Below, piece by piece: positions 18,087-27,195 of a DNA stretch of 41,391 bases. A model generated the notes under the pieces. That model saw nothing but the letters and a program-made list of their open reading frames with translations, did not search any database and had not been told where the DNA came from. The stretch's first letter is position 1. Each line of letters begins with the position of its first letter. A program made the position numbers and the translations under genes. Origin of the DNA: a virus (Duplodnaviria; Caudoviricetes). The stretch lies in IMG/VR virus record IMGVR_UViG_3300049167_000122, positions 1-41,391 of that record; one strand, 5' to 3'.

Positions 18087-18779
18087 CTATGCAGCGTCGA
18101 GCTGCCGAAGGTCGATTTGCACAGGCACCTTCCCGCCAAAAATTTCGACGATCACCTTGGCTTCCGTCAGGCCAATCGCCTCGACAACAGTGGCGCTGAA
18201 TGCTCGAAATGGCCCATCGTTGATGATGGCTTTCGTGCCTGCAGAGAAGCGCGGCTCTGGCTTCGGTTCCTCCTTCGAAATCTGGTATCCTGCGATAGCC
18301 TCGATCACGGCGCTGGGAACACGAAGATATTGACCAGGCCCGCCATAGACCACTTCGACTACACCATCGATATCGCTGATATTGTCGAGCGGTCGGCATC
18401 CAATGGTGACGACGCGGTTGCCTTCATGAACCTCGTCGCGGCTGCGCTGCTGAAATACATATCCCGCTGCGAATAGGTATCGAGGAAAGGTACCGACATC
18501 CATTTCGATCGGCTTGCGCTTCGGCGCCGTGATGACAATGTGCTCACTCGGCCAGAAGACACTGCAACCGGCCTCGACTAGCTTTTCCCGCACCTTCGCC
18601 TCGGCGCGCGGCGCGGTGTATACGAGGTACCAATGCAGCGATGGGTCCAACCCCTCTGGCGGAGGGTTTTTGGTCCTGGTGCGCGTACGACCATTGACCA
18701 CTTCAACCTTCGGCTTCTCGGCCTTGGCTTTGACAGCCTTCTCCTTGTCGCGGCGGCGATTATTTTTCTTCTTGCCCAT
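18087..18779 (-). CDS. NusG-family antitermination protein (phage paralogue)
   Basis: NGN domain (WYLVYTAPRAEAKV..FPRYLF) and KOW domain (INDGPFRAFSATV..VEIFGGKVPV). Confidence 0.9.
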   Translation of the reverse strand: MGKKKNNRRRDKEKAVKAKAEKPKVEVVNGRTRTRTKNPPPEGLDPSLHWYLVYTAPRAEAKVREKLVEAGCSVFWPSEHIVITAPKRKPIEMDVGTFPRYLFAAGYVFQQRSRDEVHEGNRVVTIGCRPLDNISDIDGVVEVVYGGPGQYLRVPSAVIEAIAGYQISKEEPKPEPRFSAGTKAIINDGPFRAFSATVVEAIGLTEAKVIVEIFGGKVPVQIDLRQLDAA

Positions 18780-19066
18780 CAGGTGCTCCTCGCGGCGAGC
18801 TCGCCACCGCAGGCGCCATAGCCGCAGACATCGACCCATGAATCATGGTGGCCCGGATCGTTCTCCAGACGGGCCTGCTTCATGTCGATCATCATCATTG
18901 CCACGTCGGCTGGATCGATCGGCACATCAATGCCGTGACGATTGAGCAGGTGAACCTGCCACCGCCTGGCGATCCGAAGGAAGTTATCCTCCGGCCGCCC
19001 GTAGCTCTTACCGCGCCCGCCAACGACCGCGATGGCCTCTTCGAGGATTTCGGTTTTGGTCTTCAT
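18779..19066 (-). CDS. DUF6378-like phage protein
   Basis: RGKSYGRPEDNFLRIARRW..DVAMMM..KQAR..HHDSWVDVCGY. Confidence 0.85.
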   Translation of the reverse strand: MKTKTEILEEAIAVVGGRGKSYGRPEDNFLRIARRWQVHLLNRHGIDVPIDPADVAMMMIDMKQARLENDPGHHDSWVDVCGYGACGGELAARST

Positions 19067-19674
19067 GCCGCCACCTGCCCGGCAATGCCCGAGAACTGAG
19101 CTCCAGCTTGAAGCCGGGCATGAGTGGCCTTGTAGTCGAGGCCGGCCAAAGCGCAGGCCTCCGCCAAGGACATCCTCCGTCCCAGATATTCGACTATCCG
19201 AGATGACCGCCGATTGCGCGCCTGCGACTGCTTGCTAGCCCACCGGACGTTGCCCGGCTCGTAGCCTCTGTCGTTGTCAATCCGGTCTAGCGAATATTCC
19301 GCCGAAGGACGGGCCCCAACGTCATTCAAGAACGCCGCGAAGCTGGCCCGCCAAGATTGGCAGACGGCGATCCCCCGCCCACCGTATCGCCGGAAGCTGG
19401 CCGAATTCGGGTTCTCGCATCGACAAATCATTGCCGACCAGATCGCGTATTCAGGCGTTGCGTACCCGCCATGGATATAGCGACGATGCTCACGTAGCCT
19501 TTGCACGGCCACGCACCCGCAACTGACCGTTTGGCCCACCCGAACAGCAGATTGTCGGATATGCTTTTCTTGGCCGCAATCGCAGCGAAAAATCCATTTC
19601 CGCGGGCGTGACCCGTGAACTGGACTCACTGCCACAAGCTTGCTGTAGCGGTCGCCTTCAACAATCACACTCAT
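19063..19674 (-). CDS. HNH-type homing endonuclease-like protein
   Basis: CDCG/SCGC, YGGRGIAVC, SLDRIDNDRGYEPGNVRWA. Confidence 0.85.
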   Translation of the reverse strand: MSVIVEGDRYSKLVAVSPVHGSRPRKWIFRCDCGQEKHIRQSAVRVGQTVSCGCVAVQRLREHRRYIHGGYATPEYAIWSAMICRCENPNSASFRRYGGRGIAVCQSWRASFAAFLNDVGARPSAEYSLDRIDNDRGYEPGNVRWASKQSQARNRRSSRIVEYLGRRMSLAEACALAGLDYKATHARLQAGAQFSGIAGQVAA

Positions 19675-20195
19675 GCCGCAACTCCGCTCTCAAATTTTGC
19701 AGGATCGTGCGGACGAACATCTATGACCTCGCAGCCGGGGAAAAACTGCTTCACAAGTGAGATCTGCTTGAAGCCCTCCAGCCCCGCGAGAATTGCCGCT
19801 ATTTCGTCAGGGGATACCCAAATCACCGAGCAGCCATGGAGCTCCTGGACACGGTCAGCGGCTGATTTCTGATGGCCGATCGCGATCTTCATTCCGCTCT
19901 TGCTGTCAAAGCCGATCAGATAAGCGTCATCGGCCTCGCCGGAGACCTCCATGGTCTTGGTCGCCGCGGCATAGCCTCGGCACATTGCAGATCCATGCGC
20001 TTCGATCTCATCTGCGGTGCCGGTGACCAGCGCGGCGTCGAACAACGAGCGCTGTTCCTCGACCCGCTGGGCCAGGCCAGCGTCGACCCGCTTCAGGGCA
20101 TGACGGGTCCACCTCCGCTCGAAGATCGAAGCCGCATTCGACACCTCTGAATGCCAACGACGGACCGCAGCGTCGTCCTGCCGGGCGCGACTCAC
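19671..20195 (-). CDS. Hypothetical protein
   Basis: 174 aa, GTG start with GGAGG RBS. Confidence 0.75.
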   Translation of the reverse strand: MSRARQDDAAVRRWHSEVSNAASIFERRWTRHALKRVDAGLAQRVEEQRSLFDAALVTGTADEIEAHGSAMCRGYAAATKTMEVSGEADDAYLIGFDSKSGMKIAIGHQKSAADRVQELHGCSVIWVSPDEIAAILAGLEGFKQISLVKQFFPGCEVIDVRPHDPAKFESGVAA

Positions 20196-20216
20196 GACCG
20201 ACCTCCGAGCAGCAGC

Positions 20217-20496
20217 GCAGCACTTTGAGGGGTCGTTTTAATCTCCCCCCTATAGCAATTGCCTTTTCTCTCTCTTTTCATCTCTTTTTCCTTCCTAGAA
20301 GCTTTTAGAGAAAAGAAGTGCTGTTCTGTTGTGAGATGCCGTCCGCGCCAATAAAATCAATGGCTTGCAGCACAGCACTTTGCGATCTGAAAGTGTTGCG
20401 ACAGCACGTTGAAAGTGTTGTGCCTATTTTTTTGGCAGCACTTCGAACCAGGTCCACAGCACGTCCACAACACTTCTGGATGGCCTCACAACACAT
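20217..20496. repeat. Putative phage replication origin with iterons
   Basis: Ten RCARCACnT copies in both orientations, a pyrimidine/AT tract, IHF consensus at 20355-20367. Confidence 0.7.
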
Positions 20497-23123
20497 CAGA
20501 ATCGCTCCCCGTGCTCACCGAGATCGGGCGATTTGGCGTCCGGCCGGTTGACCTCGGGCTTGCTCAGCGATGAGCCTTTGGAGCCGCCGCGAAGCTGGTC
20601 CTGGTTGTGCCGATCCCAGAGCTGGAGGCCTTCATCGGAGAGACCGATGCCAGTGAAATAGCGGCGCCCATTGTCGTCAGTTGTCTCGCCCATCCAAGGG
20701 CATGCTGCCCGGAGCCGCGGGAACAGCGCTCGGCCACCAAGGGCCCTCGCCTCGTCGCCATCCTGCTCGCGCTGCCAGCCGTGATAGGCACACAGGATGT
20801 CCGGCCTGGAGACCTTGTAGGGCCCCTTGCGCACCGAGCTGCGCGCCCACTCTCCGACCGGGTTGTTGTCGTCCTTGAAGCGCTGGACCGAAGCCTTGAC
20901 GCTGTCGGGAAGATCGTAGCCGCCGCGCTTCAGAAGCCGCGCCAGGCCGGTCAGGGCCCAATTGAGGATACCGGCGCTTTCGCTGGCGAAGAGATGGACG
21001 CCAAGGGTACTGCCGCGTGGGACGCCATAGCTGGCGCGCAGCTCGTGAGCATCGGCTTCGGTGACGACGTTGGTCATCTCCAGCACGATCGAGCGGTTGA
21101 AGATGGCGTCCGATTTGTCGCGGGCCCGCGGCAGGGAGTTGGTCGTCAGCAGGACCGCGATCGAGAGCTCGACGCCACGGACGGCGGCGAGATGCTTGCG
21201 CTCGATGTCGATGGGCTCGCCAGTAACGATCGTCTTAAAGCGCTGGGGGTCGAGATTGTCGCCCTCGTTGATGGCGTCGTCCCGGATCCAGGCAGCAGCG
21301 TCATAGAGCGACGACAGGCCGAAGCGCTCCGATATCTCGGAGACGGAAGGTGTTGCGACGGGTGAGCCTACGAGGCTGCGAATGACGCGGGAGAATTCGG
21401 TCTTGCCGGTGCGGGATGGCCCGACCAGCAGCAGCGCCTTGCGTTCCTCGCGTGAAAGCAGATTGACGGCGAGCGACGCTCCGGCAAACTCCTGCACCGC
21501 GGCGACATAAGCCGGAAGCTCGTCTTCGGAGCGATCGGCGAAAAGCCGGCGCACGAAACTATCGAACCGCGGGCATGTCGCCGCGGGATCGAATGGGGCC
21601 CCGATCTTGCGTCGGGCGTAGAATTCGGGAGCATGCGGCCGAAATTCCAGCGTGCGCACGTCGAGCATGCCATTGGGTGTCGCGATGACGGAGCCGTTAT
21701 TCCACGGCACGTCCTTGCGGTGGAGATCGGGATGCTCTGCCAAGCGCTTCCATGCGGCATTGGCGGAACGGGTGTCGCCGGCCTTTCCGAGAGCGTCGCA
21801 GCCCTTCTGTATCAGGGTGCGGATCCATTGCTCGTCCGCGGGCGACATTGAGGCCCACAGGCCATCGCGATATATCCACGTCTCGCCTTCCGAGAGCAGG
21901 ATGTCGCACCCCTCCTCCCGCATGGTCTCGATGACGCCATCAGCCACGATCACGGGCACGGCGTCGGCAGGAGCCTTATTGGCTTTGGGCTTGGCTTTCT
22001 TGGCACGCGCATCGTCCAGACTGACGACCGAGCCGCCACCAACGGCTCGCGGCGCAATCTCTTCCTGGATGGCGTCGTCTCGGGTGGACCGGGTCATCTC
22101 GCGACCCTTTGGCGCCTCGCGGACAGCGATGGGCTTGGGGTTCTTGCGCAGCCAGTCCTCGCACATGCGGCGGATGGCGCGCTCTTCCCGCGGCCAATTC
22201 CAGTTTGCGCCGGAAGCGCCCGCGGCTGCATGAGTAGCGCCGATCAAGGTGTCGACGACCTCGTCGAGCTCGACGCCGCGAGCAAGAAGCGAAGCCGAGA
22301 CGGATAGCTGCGTCGCGTGGATCGCGCTGTCCCCGGCGCCCTGGTAGTTCATTTCGCTCAGGCGCTGCTCGACATCGATCGGCGGCTTGAAGCCAAGCTT
22401 GGCGGCGATAGCGAGGAAGGGGTTGCTCTCCGCGGAAGGTTTTGCGCGCGGCACGTCGCGGCGGGTCAGGACCGGCGACAGGAAGGACAACATGTCCTCC
22501 AGATCGGCGAGCTCGTAGGTCCGGCCATAATCAGCATGGACGATCTCGACCGGGCGCCAGCCGCCTTCCTTGGTGTTGTGTGTGCCGGGCAGCCGCATCA
22601 GAGCGGCGCAATGGGTGACCTGTTGGTCGCCAGCTACGACATCGGCCAGTTGCTTCAGGAGGATCTCGACATCGGCGAATGCGCCGGTCGGCTCGCTCAG
22701 CAGCCAGTACGAGTGATAGCCGCGGCCGGAATGGACGATGACGGAAGGTGGCAGCGGGAGCGCCAGCAACTTCGCCTTGATCTCATCAGGCGTCTCGATG
22801 ATCGATTTGAAATCAGTGTCCGCGTGAAGGAACGTGCTCTCGGAGACGTTCTCCTTGTTCCGCGGGGATGAGCCTGGGCGAGCAGCATCAGGCCTGGCAT
22901 CGGGCTTCAGCGTGCCGACGCAGAAATAGACCGCTCGGCTGGGGCGATCCCATTTGGTGATGTGACGCGCAACGACTTCAAGGTCGCGCGTCATCACCGA
23001 TTTTTCGCCGGGCTCGAAGCTCTTGGCGTCCTCGTTCGGCAACGACGTGATGAAGACAGGATCAACCGTCCCCGGTCCGTAGACCTTGGTGATGAAGTCG
23101 ACGGCTGGAGATAGCTCTGTCAT
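20496..23123 (-). CDS. Primase-helicase: RepB/AEP primase plus D5/P4-type SF3 helicase
   Basis: HADTD, HSGRGYHSYW, LMRLPGTHN; GPSRTGKT Walker A; FKTIVTGEPI. Confidence 0.9.
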   Translation of the reverse strand: MTELSPAVDFITKVYGPGTVDPVFITSLPNEDAKSFEPGEKSVMTRDLEVVARHITKWDRPSRAVYFCVGTLKPDARPDAARPGSSPRNKENVSESTFLHADTDFKSIIETPDEIKAKLLALPLPPSVIVHSGRGYHSYWLLSEPTGAFADVEILLKQLADVVAGDQQVTHCAALMRLPGTHNTKEGGWRPVEIVHADYGRTYELADLEDMLSFLSPVLTRRDVPRAKPSAESNPFLAIAAKLGFKPPIDVEQRLSEMNYQGAGDSAIHATQLSVSASLLARGVELDEVVDTLIGATHAAAGASGANWNWPREERAIRRMCEDWLRKNPKPIAVREAPKGREMTRSTRDDAIQEEIAPRAVGGGSVVSLDDARAKKAKPKANKAPADAVPVIVADGVIETMREEGCDILLSEGETWIYRDGLWASMSPADEQWIRTLIQKGCDALGKAGDTRSANAAWKRLAEHPDLHRKDVPWNNGSVIATPNGMLDVRTLEFRPHAPEFYARRKIGAPFDPAATCPRFDSFVRRLFADRSEDELPAYVAAVQEFAGASLAVNLLSREERKALLLVGPSRTGKTEFSRVIRSLVGSPVATPSVSEISERFGLSSLYDAAAWIRDDAINEGDNLDPQRFKTIVTGEPIDIERKHLAAVRGVELSIAVLLTTNSLPRARDKSDAIFNRSIVLEMTNVVTEADAHELRASYGVPRGSTLGVHLFASESAGILNWALTGLARLLKRGGYDLPDSVKASVQRFKDDNNPVGEWARSSVRKGPYKVSRPDILCAYHGWQREQDGDEARALGGRALFPRLRAACPWMGETTDDNGRRYFTGIGLSDEGLQLWDRHNQDQLRGGSKGSSLSKPEVNRPDAKSPDLGEHGERF

Positions 23124-23145
23124 CGTACCTTGCTCGAAAGAGTGG

Positions 23146-23173
23146 CCGGCCGGTGTGGTCAGACACCGACCGG
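23146..23173 (-). terminator. Hairpin before primase (weak terminator or processing site)
   Basis: CCGGTCGGTGT-CTGACC-ACACCGGCCGG with a poor U-tract. Confidence 0.4.
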
Positions 23174-23184
23174 TGATGACGTGC

Positions 23185-23907
23185 TTAGAATCGCGTCTTG
23201 GCGGCTGGGGCCTTGCCCTGGCCGCCTTCATCAAGCTCCGATGCGGCCTTGTCTTCGGCGGCCTGCTCGACCGCGGCGGCTTCGAGAGCGTCCGCGAATT
23301 CGGACTTGGGGGCCCAGCCGACGACATCGAACTTCGGCGTGAAGATCTTGCCGTAGGCCTTGTTCGGATGCCGGTAGCTGTCGACGTTCAGCGCCACGAC
23401 AGGGAAATCGTTGGGCTTCTGGCGCATGTTCTTGCCGTAGGCACCGGCAAGCTTGGCAATGGCTCCGAGGCCGCCCTTCGAGGACGACGCGAAGGTGAAC
23501 AACTTCTCGCCGCCGGTCTCCTTCATGATCAGGTAGTTCGTGAGTTGCCAGGGGTCGCGGGGCTGCCTGGTCGTCTCGTCGAGCTCCCATTCAGCCTCAT
23601 CGGTATCGCCGAGCTCGCGCCGCGGCGGAGGCATGAAGGCATCGACGACCTTGCCCATTTTCATGTCGGTCGGCTTGCCGCCTTCCCAGCGAACCCAGCC
23701 GATCATGAGCTCATCCATATTGGCGACGAGCTCGGTTCCTTCCTCGACCTCGACACCGTCCTGGCCGGAGAGGTATTCGCCCTTGGAGAACTTCAGCAGG
23801 TCGCCGACGATCTTGTTCTGGCTCGCGGCTTCGGCGTAGGCCTCGAAGACGTTCTTCGGAGGAGCCATGCCGACGTCAGTGCTCTGGCGCGTGGTGACTT
23901 CGTTCAT
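23185..23907 (-). CDS. Putative ssDNA-binding protein
   Basis: LLKFSKGEY, GWVRW, SYRHPNKAYGKIFTPKFDVVGW, acidic tail; between exonuclease and primase. Confidence 0.65.
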   Translation of the reverse strand: MNEVTTRQSTDVGMAPPKNVFEAYAEAASQNKIVGDLLKFSKGEYLSGQDGVEVEEGTELVANMDELMIGWVRWEGGKPTDMKMGKVVDAFMPPPRRELGDTDEAEWELDETTRQPRDPWQLTNYLIMKETGGEKLFTFASSSKGGLGAIAKLAGAYGKNMRQKPNDFPVVALNVDSYRHPNKAYGKIFTPKFDVVGWAPKSEFADALEAAAVEQAAEDKAASELDEGGQGKAPAAKTRF

Positions 23908-23920
23908 TTGTTTCTCGCTT

Positions 23921-24952
23921 TCAGCTTTTGATTGAGATGGTCAGGCGATCGGTTGGATCTCCTGCCGTTTCGAAGAGGGACAGGTCGACGCCAGCCGCCG
24001 CGGCGGCTTCGCGCAGACCTTTCATGTCCCAGGATGGACGGCCCTTCAGGGCAGCCCATGAGACGGAGAAATCATTCCCCGCCACCTTGCGAGTGCCGGC
24101 GCCTGCCAGCATCTCGCGAAGTTCGTGTTCGAGCTCTTTGGTTTCTTCGGCCGCGGCCTCGGCAACCGCCTTGCGGGCCTTGATGCGCCGCGCCAGTTCG
24201 CCGATCTGCTCTTGCGCCTCGGCATCGACCGCATCGGTGCTATCGGGCACCTTGTCGAAACGAGCCTGGCCGCAAGCCCGAGTGAACGGGCAATAGTCGC
24301 ATTCGCGCCCGCCCGAGATGATGCCTTCCGGCTTAAGCTCTTCGGCGTTGCGCGCCGTCATGATCATCGTCGCGCGCTGCTTGGCGTGCGCGAAAATCTC
24401 CGGCTCGAAGGTGACTTCGAATTCCTTGACCTCGTCCCAGAAGGACGTGTCGGTGTAGGAAATCAGGCCCTTGACCGGCCGATGGTTCGTGAGCTCGCGA
24501 ATGAGCCCGATCTGAACTTGGACCTGATAGGTGTGCTCCGGCTTGGCTTCGAGGAGGTTCGTCCGCGGATCCGCGGTCTTGCACTCCAGCAGGATCGGCG
24601 CGTCGTTGTCGGTCTCTCCGATCAGCAGGCCATCGGGCGTCGCGGACAGATAGCCGCTGCGGAACGTGCGTTGATCAGGACCGGCGAAAAGCAGCCGTTC
24701 GCCGTAGGCGGTCCGCAGCGCTGGCTCCCACCAGGCGTTCTCGTAGATCGTGCCGCGGACCTTCGCGCCCCATCCATCGACATAGTCGGGATTGCGCGGG
24801 GCTCCATAGACGGGATCCCCCTCGTTCTTGAGATAGAAGACCTTGCGAGCGCACTGCCCGACTTCGGAGGCGCCGACAGACTGCGTGCGATCGGTCGCCC
24901 AAACGCGCTCGACAGATTGAGCATGAAGGTTCATCGCCTCCTTGATCATCAA
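23921..24952 (-). CDS. Cas4-like PD-(D/E)XK exonuclease
   Basis: ATPDG..LECKT..QVQVQ; Cys in GQCARK plus CDYCPFTRAC. Confidence 0.85.
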   Translation of the reverse strand: MMIKEAMNLHAQSVERVWATDRTQSVGASEVGQCARKVFYLKNEGDPVYGAPRNPDYVDGWGAKVRGTIYENAWWEPALRTAYGERLLFAGPDQRTFRSGYLSATPDGLLIGETDNDAPILLECKTADPRTNLLEAKPEHTYQVQVQIGLIRELTNHRPVKGLISYTDTSFWDEVKEFEVTFEPEIFAHAKQRATMIMTARNAEELKPEGIISGGRECDYCPFTRACGQARFDKVPDSTDAVDAEAQEQIGELARRIKARKAVAEAAAEETKELEHELREMLAGAGTRKVAGNDFSVSWAALKGRPSWDMKGLREAAAAAGVDLSLFETAGDPTDRLTISIKS

Positions 24953-25407
24953 CGCACCTCCAGCAGCAGCTTGATCTGCTCGGAAGCGGTCAACGGTTCG
25001 CCGGGGAGCGCATCATCGAAGGGCATCAGCCCCTCGCGCTTGCGCAGGTTGGCAATGCCGCGGTTGATCAGAGACAGAACGCCGTGGCGCGTGTCAGCAT
25101 CGGCGCCGCGCAGCCACGCAGCGCCCTCGACAAGCTTGACCAATGCCGGCGCGGAGCTCGGCGTCATCGTCCGCATGAACGACAGGAGGCCCTTGATCTC
25201 CTTGCCGAGCGGACCGTCGAGCAGGGCCTGCTTCTTTTCGGCGACGTGCTGGCGATAGAGCTTTGCCAGCAGATCGCGCTCGTCGAGCTTTTCTTCGAGC
25301 TGCGTCTTGCGTGCGGAGATCGTCTCGCGCCGCTTTTCAACGGATCGCTCTTGCGTGCGCTGCCATTGTGGCTTGGCGACATCGGCATAGGCTTCGAAGG
25401 GGTTCAT
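24949..25407 (-). CDS. Hypothetical protein
   Basis: Start MNPFEAY with GGAGG RBS; ATGA overlap with upstream gene. Confidence 0.75.
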   Translation of the reverse strand: MNPFEAYADVAKPQWQRTQERSVEKRRETISARKTQLEEKLDERDLLAKLYRQHVAEKKQALLDGPLGKEIKGLLSFMRTMTPSSAPALVKLVEGAAWLRGADADTRHGVLSLINRGIANLRKREGLMPFDDALPGEPLTASEQIKLLLEVR

Positions 25408-25730
25408 TCCGGCCTCCTGAGAGGCTGAGGTGTCTTCGTCTCTGCGTAATACTTGCAGGCCTGTGCATCGTGCGGGATGCTGTCGCCAGTGCGGCCAGTC
25501 ATCTTGCGGAACTGAGAGCACTGCGCGGGCTTGGGCGCGCCGGCATGCTTGCCGTTCAAGGAATGCCAACCGCCTGTCACCTTCCAGGAAAAGTGCTCGC
25601 AGCTCCGGCAGGAAGCGCCAGAAGGGCCGCTGCCTGCCCAATGCGCCTGGCCGGAATGTGTCTGTCTCGCCTTGCGGTCGACTTCGGTGTCTCGGATCAA
25701 TCGGTCGGTGTAATCGAGCAAGGTCGTCAC
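25404..25730 (-). CDS. Cys-rich hypothetical protein
   Basis: GQAHWAGSGPSGASCRSC..C..ACKYY. Confidence 0.75.
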   Translation of the reverse strand: MTTLLDYTDRLIRDTEVDRKARQTHSGQAHWAGSGPSGASCRSCEHFSWKVTGGWHSLNGKHAGAPKPAQCSQFRKMTGRTGDSIPHDAQACKYYAETKTPQPLRRPE

Positions 25731-26098
25731 GCCGCGGCCCTCCCCGCCTCACGGGTGACGAGCCCCCATTTTGCAAAAGCGACGCGAGCATCATCGACCG
25801 ATCGAACGAGCGCCCAGCCAATGCCGAGCTCGTCCATCTTCAGGGCGAAGGCCTTCTGCGTCGGCTGGAGCGTCCCTTTCTCGGCTTTGACCTCCAGGCA
25901 GTAGGCCTTGCCGCCGGGACCGAACACGATCAGATCCGGCACACCCGGCACCACGCCAAGGGTCTTGAGCTTGATGGCTTCGAGACGGTTGCGCGATCCG
26001 CCATTGGCCGGATGGAAGGCGATGCACTGCGGAGCCACCTTGCGGATCCATGTCAGAACGGCGCGATGAACCTGATCTTCGGGATTGTTGCGGCTCAC
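25727..26098 (-). CDS. VRR-NUC nuclease
   Basis: FHPANGG, GVVPGVPDL, LEVKAEKG..Q. Confidence 0.9.
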   Translation of the reverse strand: MSRNNPEDQVHRAVLTWIRKVAPQCIAFHPANGGSRNRLEAIKLKTLGVVPGVPDLIVFGPGGKAYCLEVKAEKGTLQPTQKAFALKMDELGIGWALVRSVDDARVAFAKWGLVTREAGRAAA

Positions 26099-26445
26099 AG
26101 CGCGATCTCCTCCAGGAGACCACGATCGGCAAGCCGCCCTTGCCGCTTCATCTTGCGGTGAATGAGGCGGATGCGCTCGATGCGCGCGAGAGCGCTCGCT
26201 TGGCGAGGCCTCGGCACAACGGGCGGCCGCGGTTGGCGGAACGGGACGACAGTCTCGTTCTCGACCATGGGCAGCGAGATAACCGGCAATGAGACACGCT
26301 TGATTTCGGCCGCAGGAGTGGCGGCCTGTATGTCGCGCCGTATGATCGTCACCTGCTCGACGGTGGCACGGTCATAGGTGACCCCCAGGGGGATCAGGCG
26401 CCCCTGCGCGTTCCTGCCCCAAGTGATGTGGGCGAAATCGTTCAT
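26095..26445 (-). CDS. Hypothetical protein
   Basis: 116 aa, coupled on both sides. Confidence 0.65.
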   Translation of the reverse strand: MNDFAHITWGRNAQGRLIPLGVTYDRATVEQVTIIRRDIQAATPAAEIKRVSLPVISLPMVENETVVPFRQPRPPVVPRPRQASALARIERIRLIHRKMKRQGRLADRGLLEEIAL

Positions 26446-26918
26446 GCCGACCTCCGATTTTCATCGACGGCGCGGAGGGAAGCGCTTGTTCCCTGCATCG
26501 CGTTCGCCGCGAGGATCAGTCGATTCAGGTCGTCACAGATCGCCGCGTGCTCGTTCGGCGAGACGTCGCCGTCGCGCATGGCCTCCGCGATGCGATTTGT
26601 GACATCTCCGAACTCGTCAGCGAGGCCGCCGAACGCCGTCATCATGCAGGGCGGCGGCAACGTACCGTCGGCGCGAACGAGATGACTACCGTGGCGCTCG
26701 GCCATTGCCTCGGTGACGCACGGCACGCCGCATTCTGCCTCGAGCTTCATCGCCGCGGTCAGCGTGATGATGTCGGCGTCCGTGGTCGAAGCCCAACGAT
26801 GCATTACCGAGCGAGAGACGCCGGCAATGATCGCCGCATCTTCGATCCGACCGATGATCTTAACGAGCGCCCTGGTCGCTGTTTTGATCCTGAAGAACCA
26901 TTCGTCGCGTTCGGTCAT
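26442..26918 (-). CDS. CII-like regulator
   Basis: IKTATRALV..G..AA HTH, LEAECGVPCVTEAMA, DGDVSPNE; position after cro. Confidence 0.7.
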   Translation of the reverse strand: MTERDEWFFRIKTATRALVKIIGRIEDAAIIAGVSRSVMHRWASTTDADIITLTAAMKLEAECGVPCVTEAMAERHGSHLVRADGTLPPPCMMTAFGGLADEFGDVTNRIAEAMRDGDVSPNEHAAICDDLNRLILAANAMQGTSASLRAVDENRRSA

Positions 26919-27007
26919 TGGGCCCTCGGGAAAATGGCGATGACGTTCCCGTCGCGGGATACCCGGCACTGGATCAGCTTCCCGCCATCGGGGCTGGGGA
27001 AGCGGAT

Positions 27008-27187
27008 ATGCGAAGGTTCGACGCGATCGTTGCGGAGTTGCTGGCGAGCACGAAGGCGAAGGCCGCGAAGCGGAACCGTCGCAAGCTGCGCAAAGAGAAG
27101 AGTGACAGGAAGCCTTGCACTGCGCCTGTCAGACAGCTGGATAGCCGGAAGGGGCACACCGGCAGCAAGCTCGGAAATGGGAGTTGA
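27008..27187 (+). CDS. Possible small basic protein between cII and cro
   Basis: MRRFDAIVAELLASTKAKAAKRNRRKLRKEK; GGGGA upstream. Confidence 0.4.
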   Translation: MRRFDAIVAELLASTKAKAAKRNRRKLRKEKSDRKPCTAPVRQLDSRKGHTGSKLGNGS

Positions 27188-27195
27188 GACCCGCA

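Noticed and set aside
20217-20496. Repeats as a mini-CRISPR array, or ORFs 20305-20496 and 20318-20551 as genes
   Set aside because: Repeats are 9 bp, irregularly spaced and in both orientations; the ORFs look non-coding
23921-24952. Cas4-like gene as sign of a CRISPR system
   Set aside because: No array or other cas genes; solo Cas4-like nucleases are common in phage replication modules
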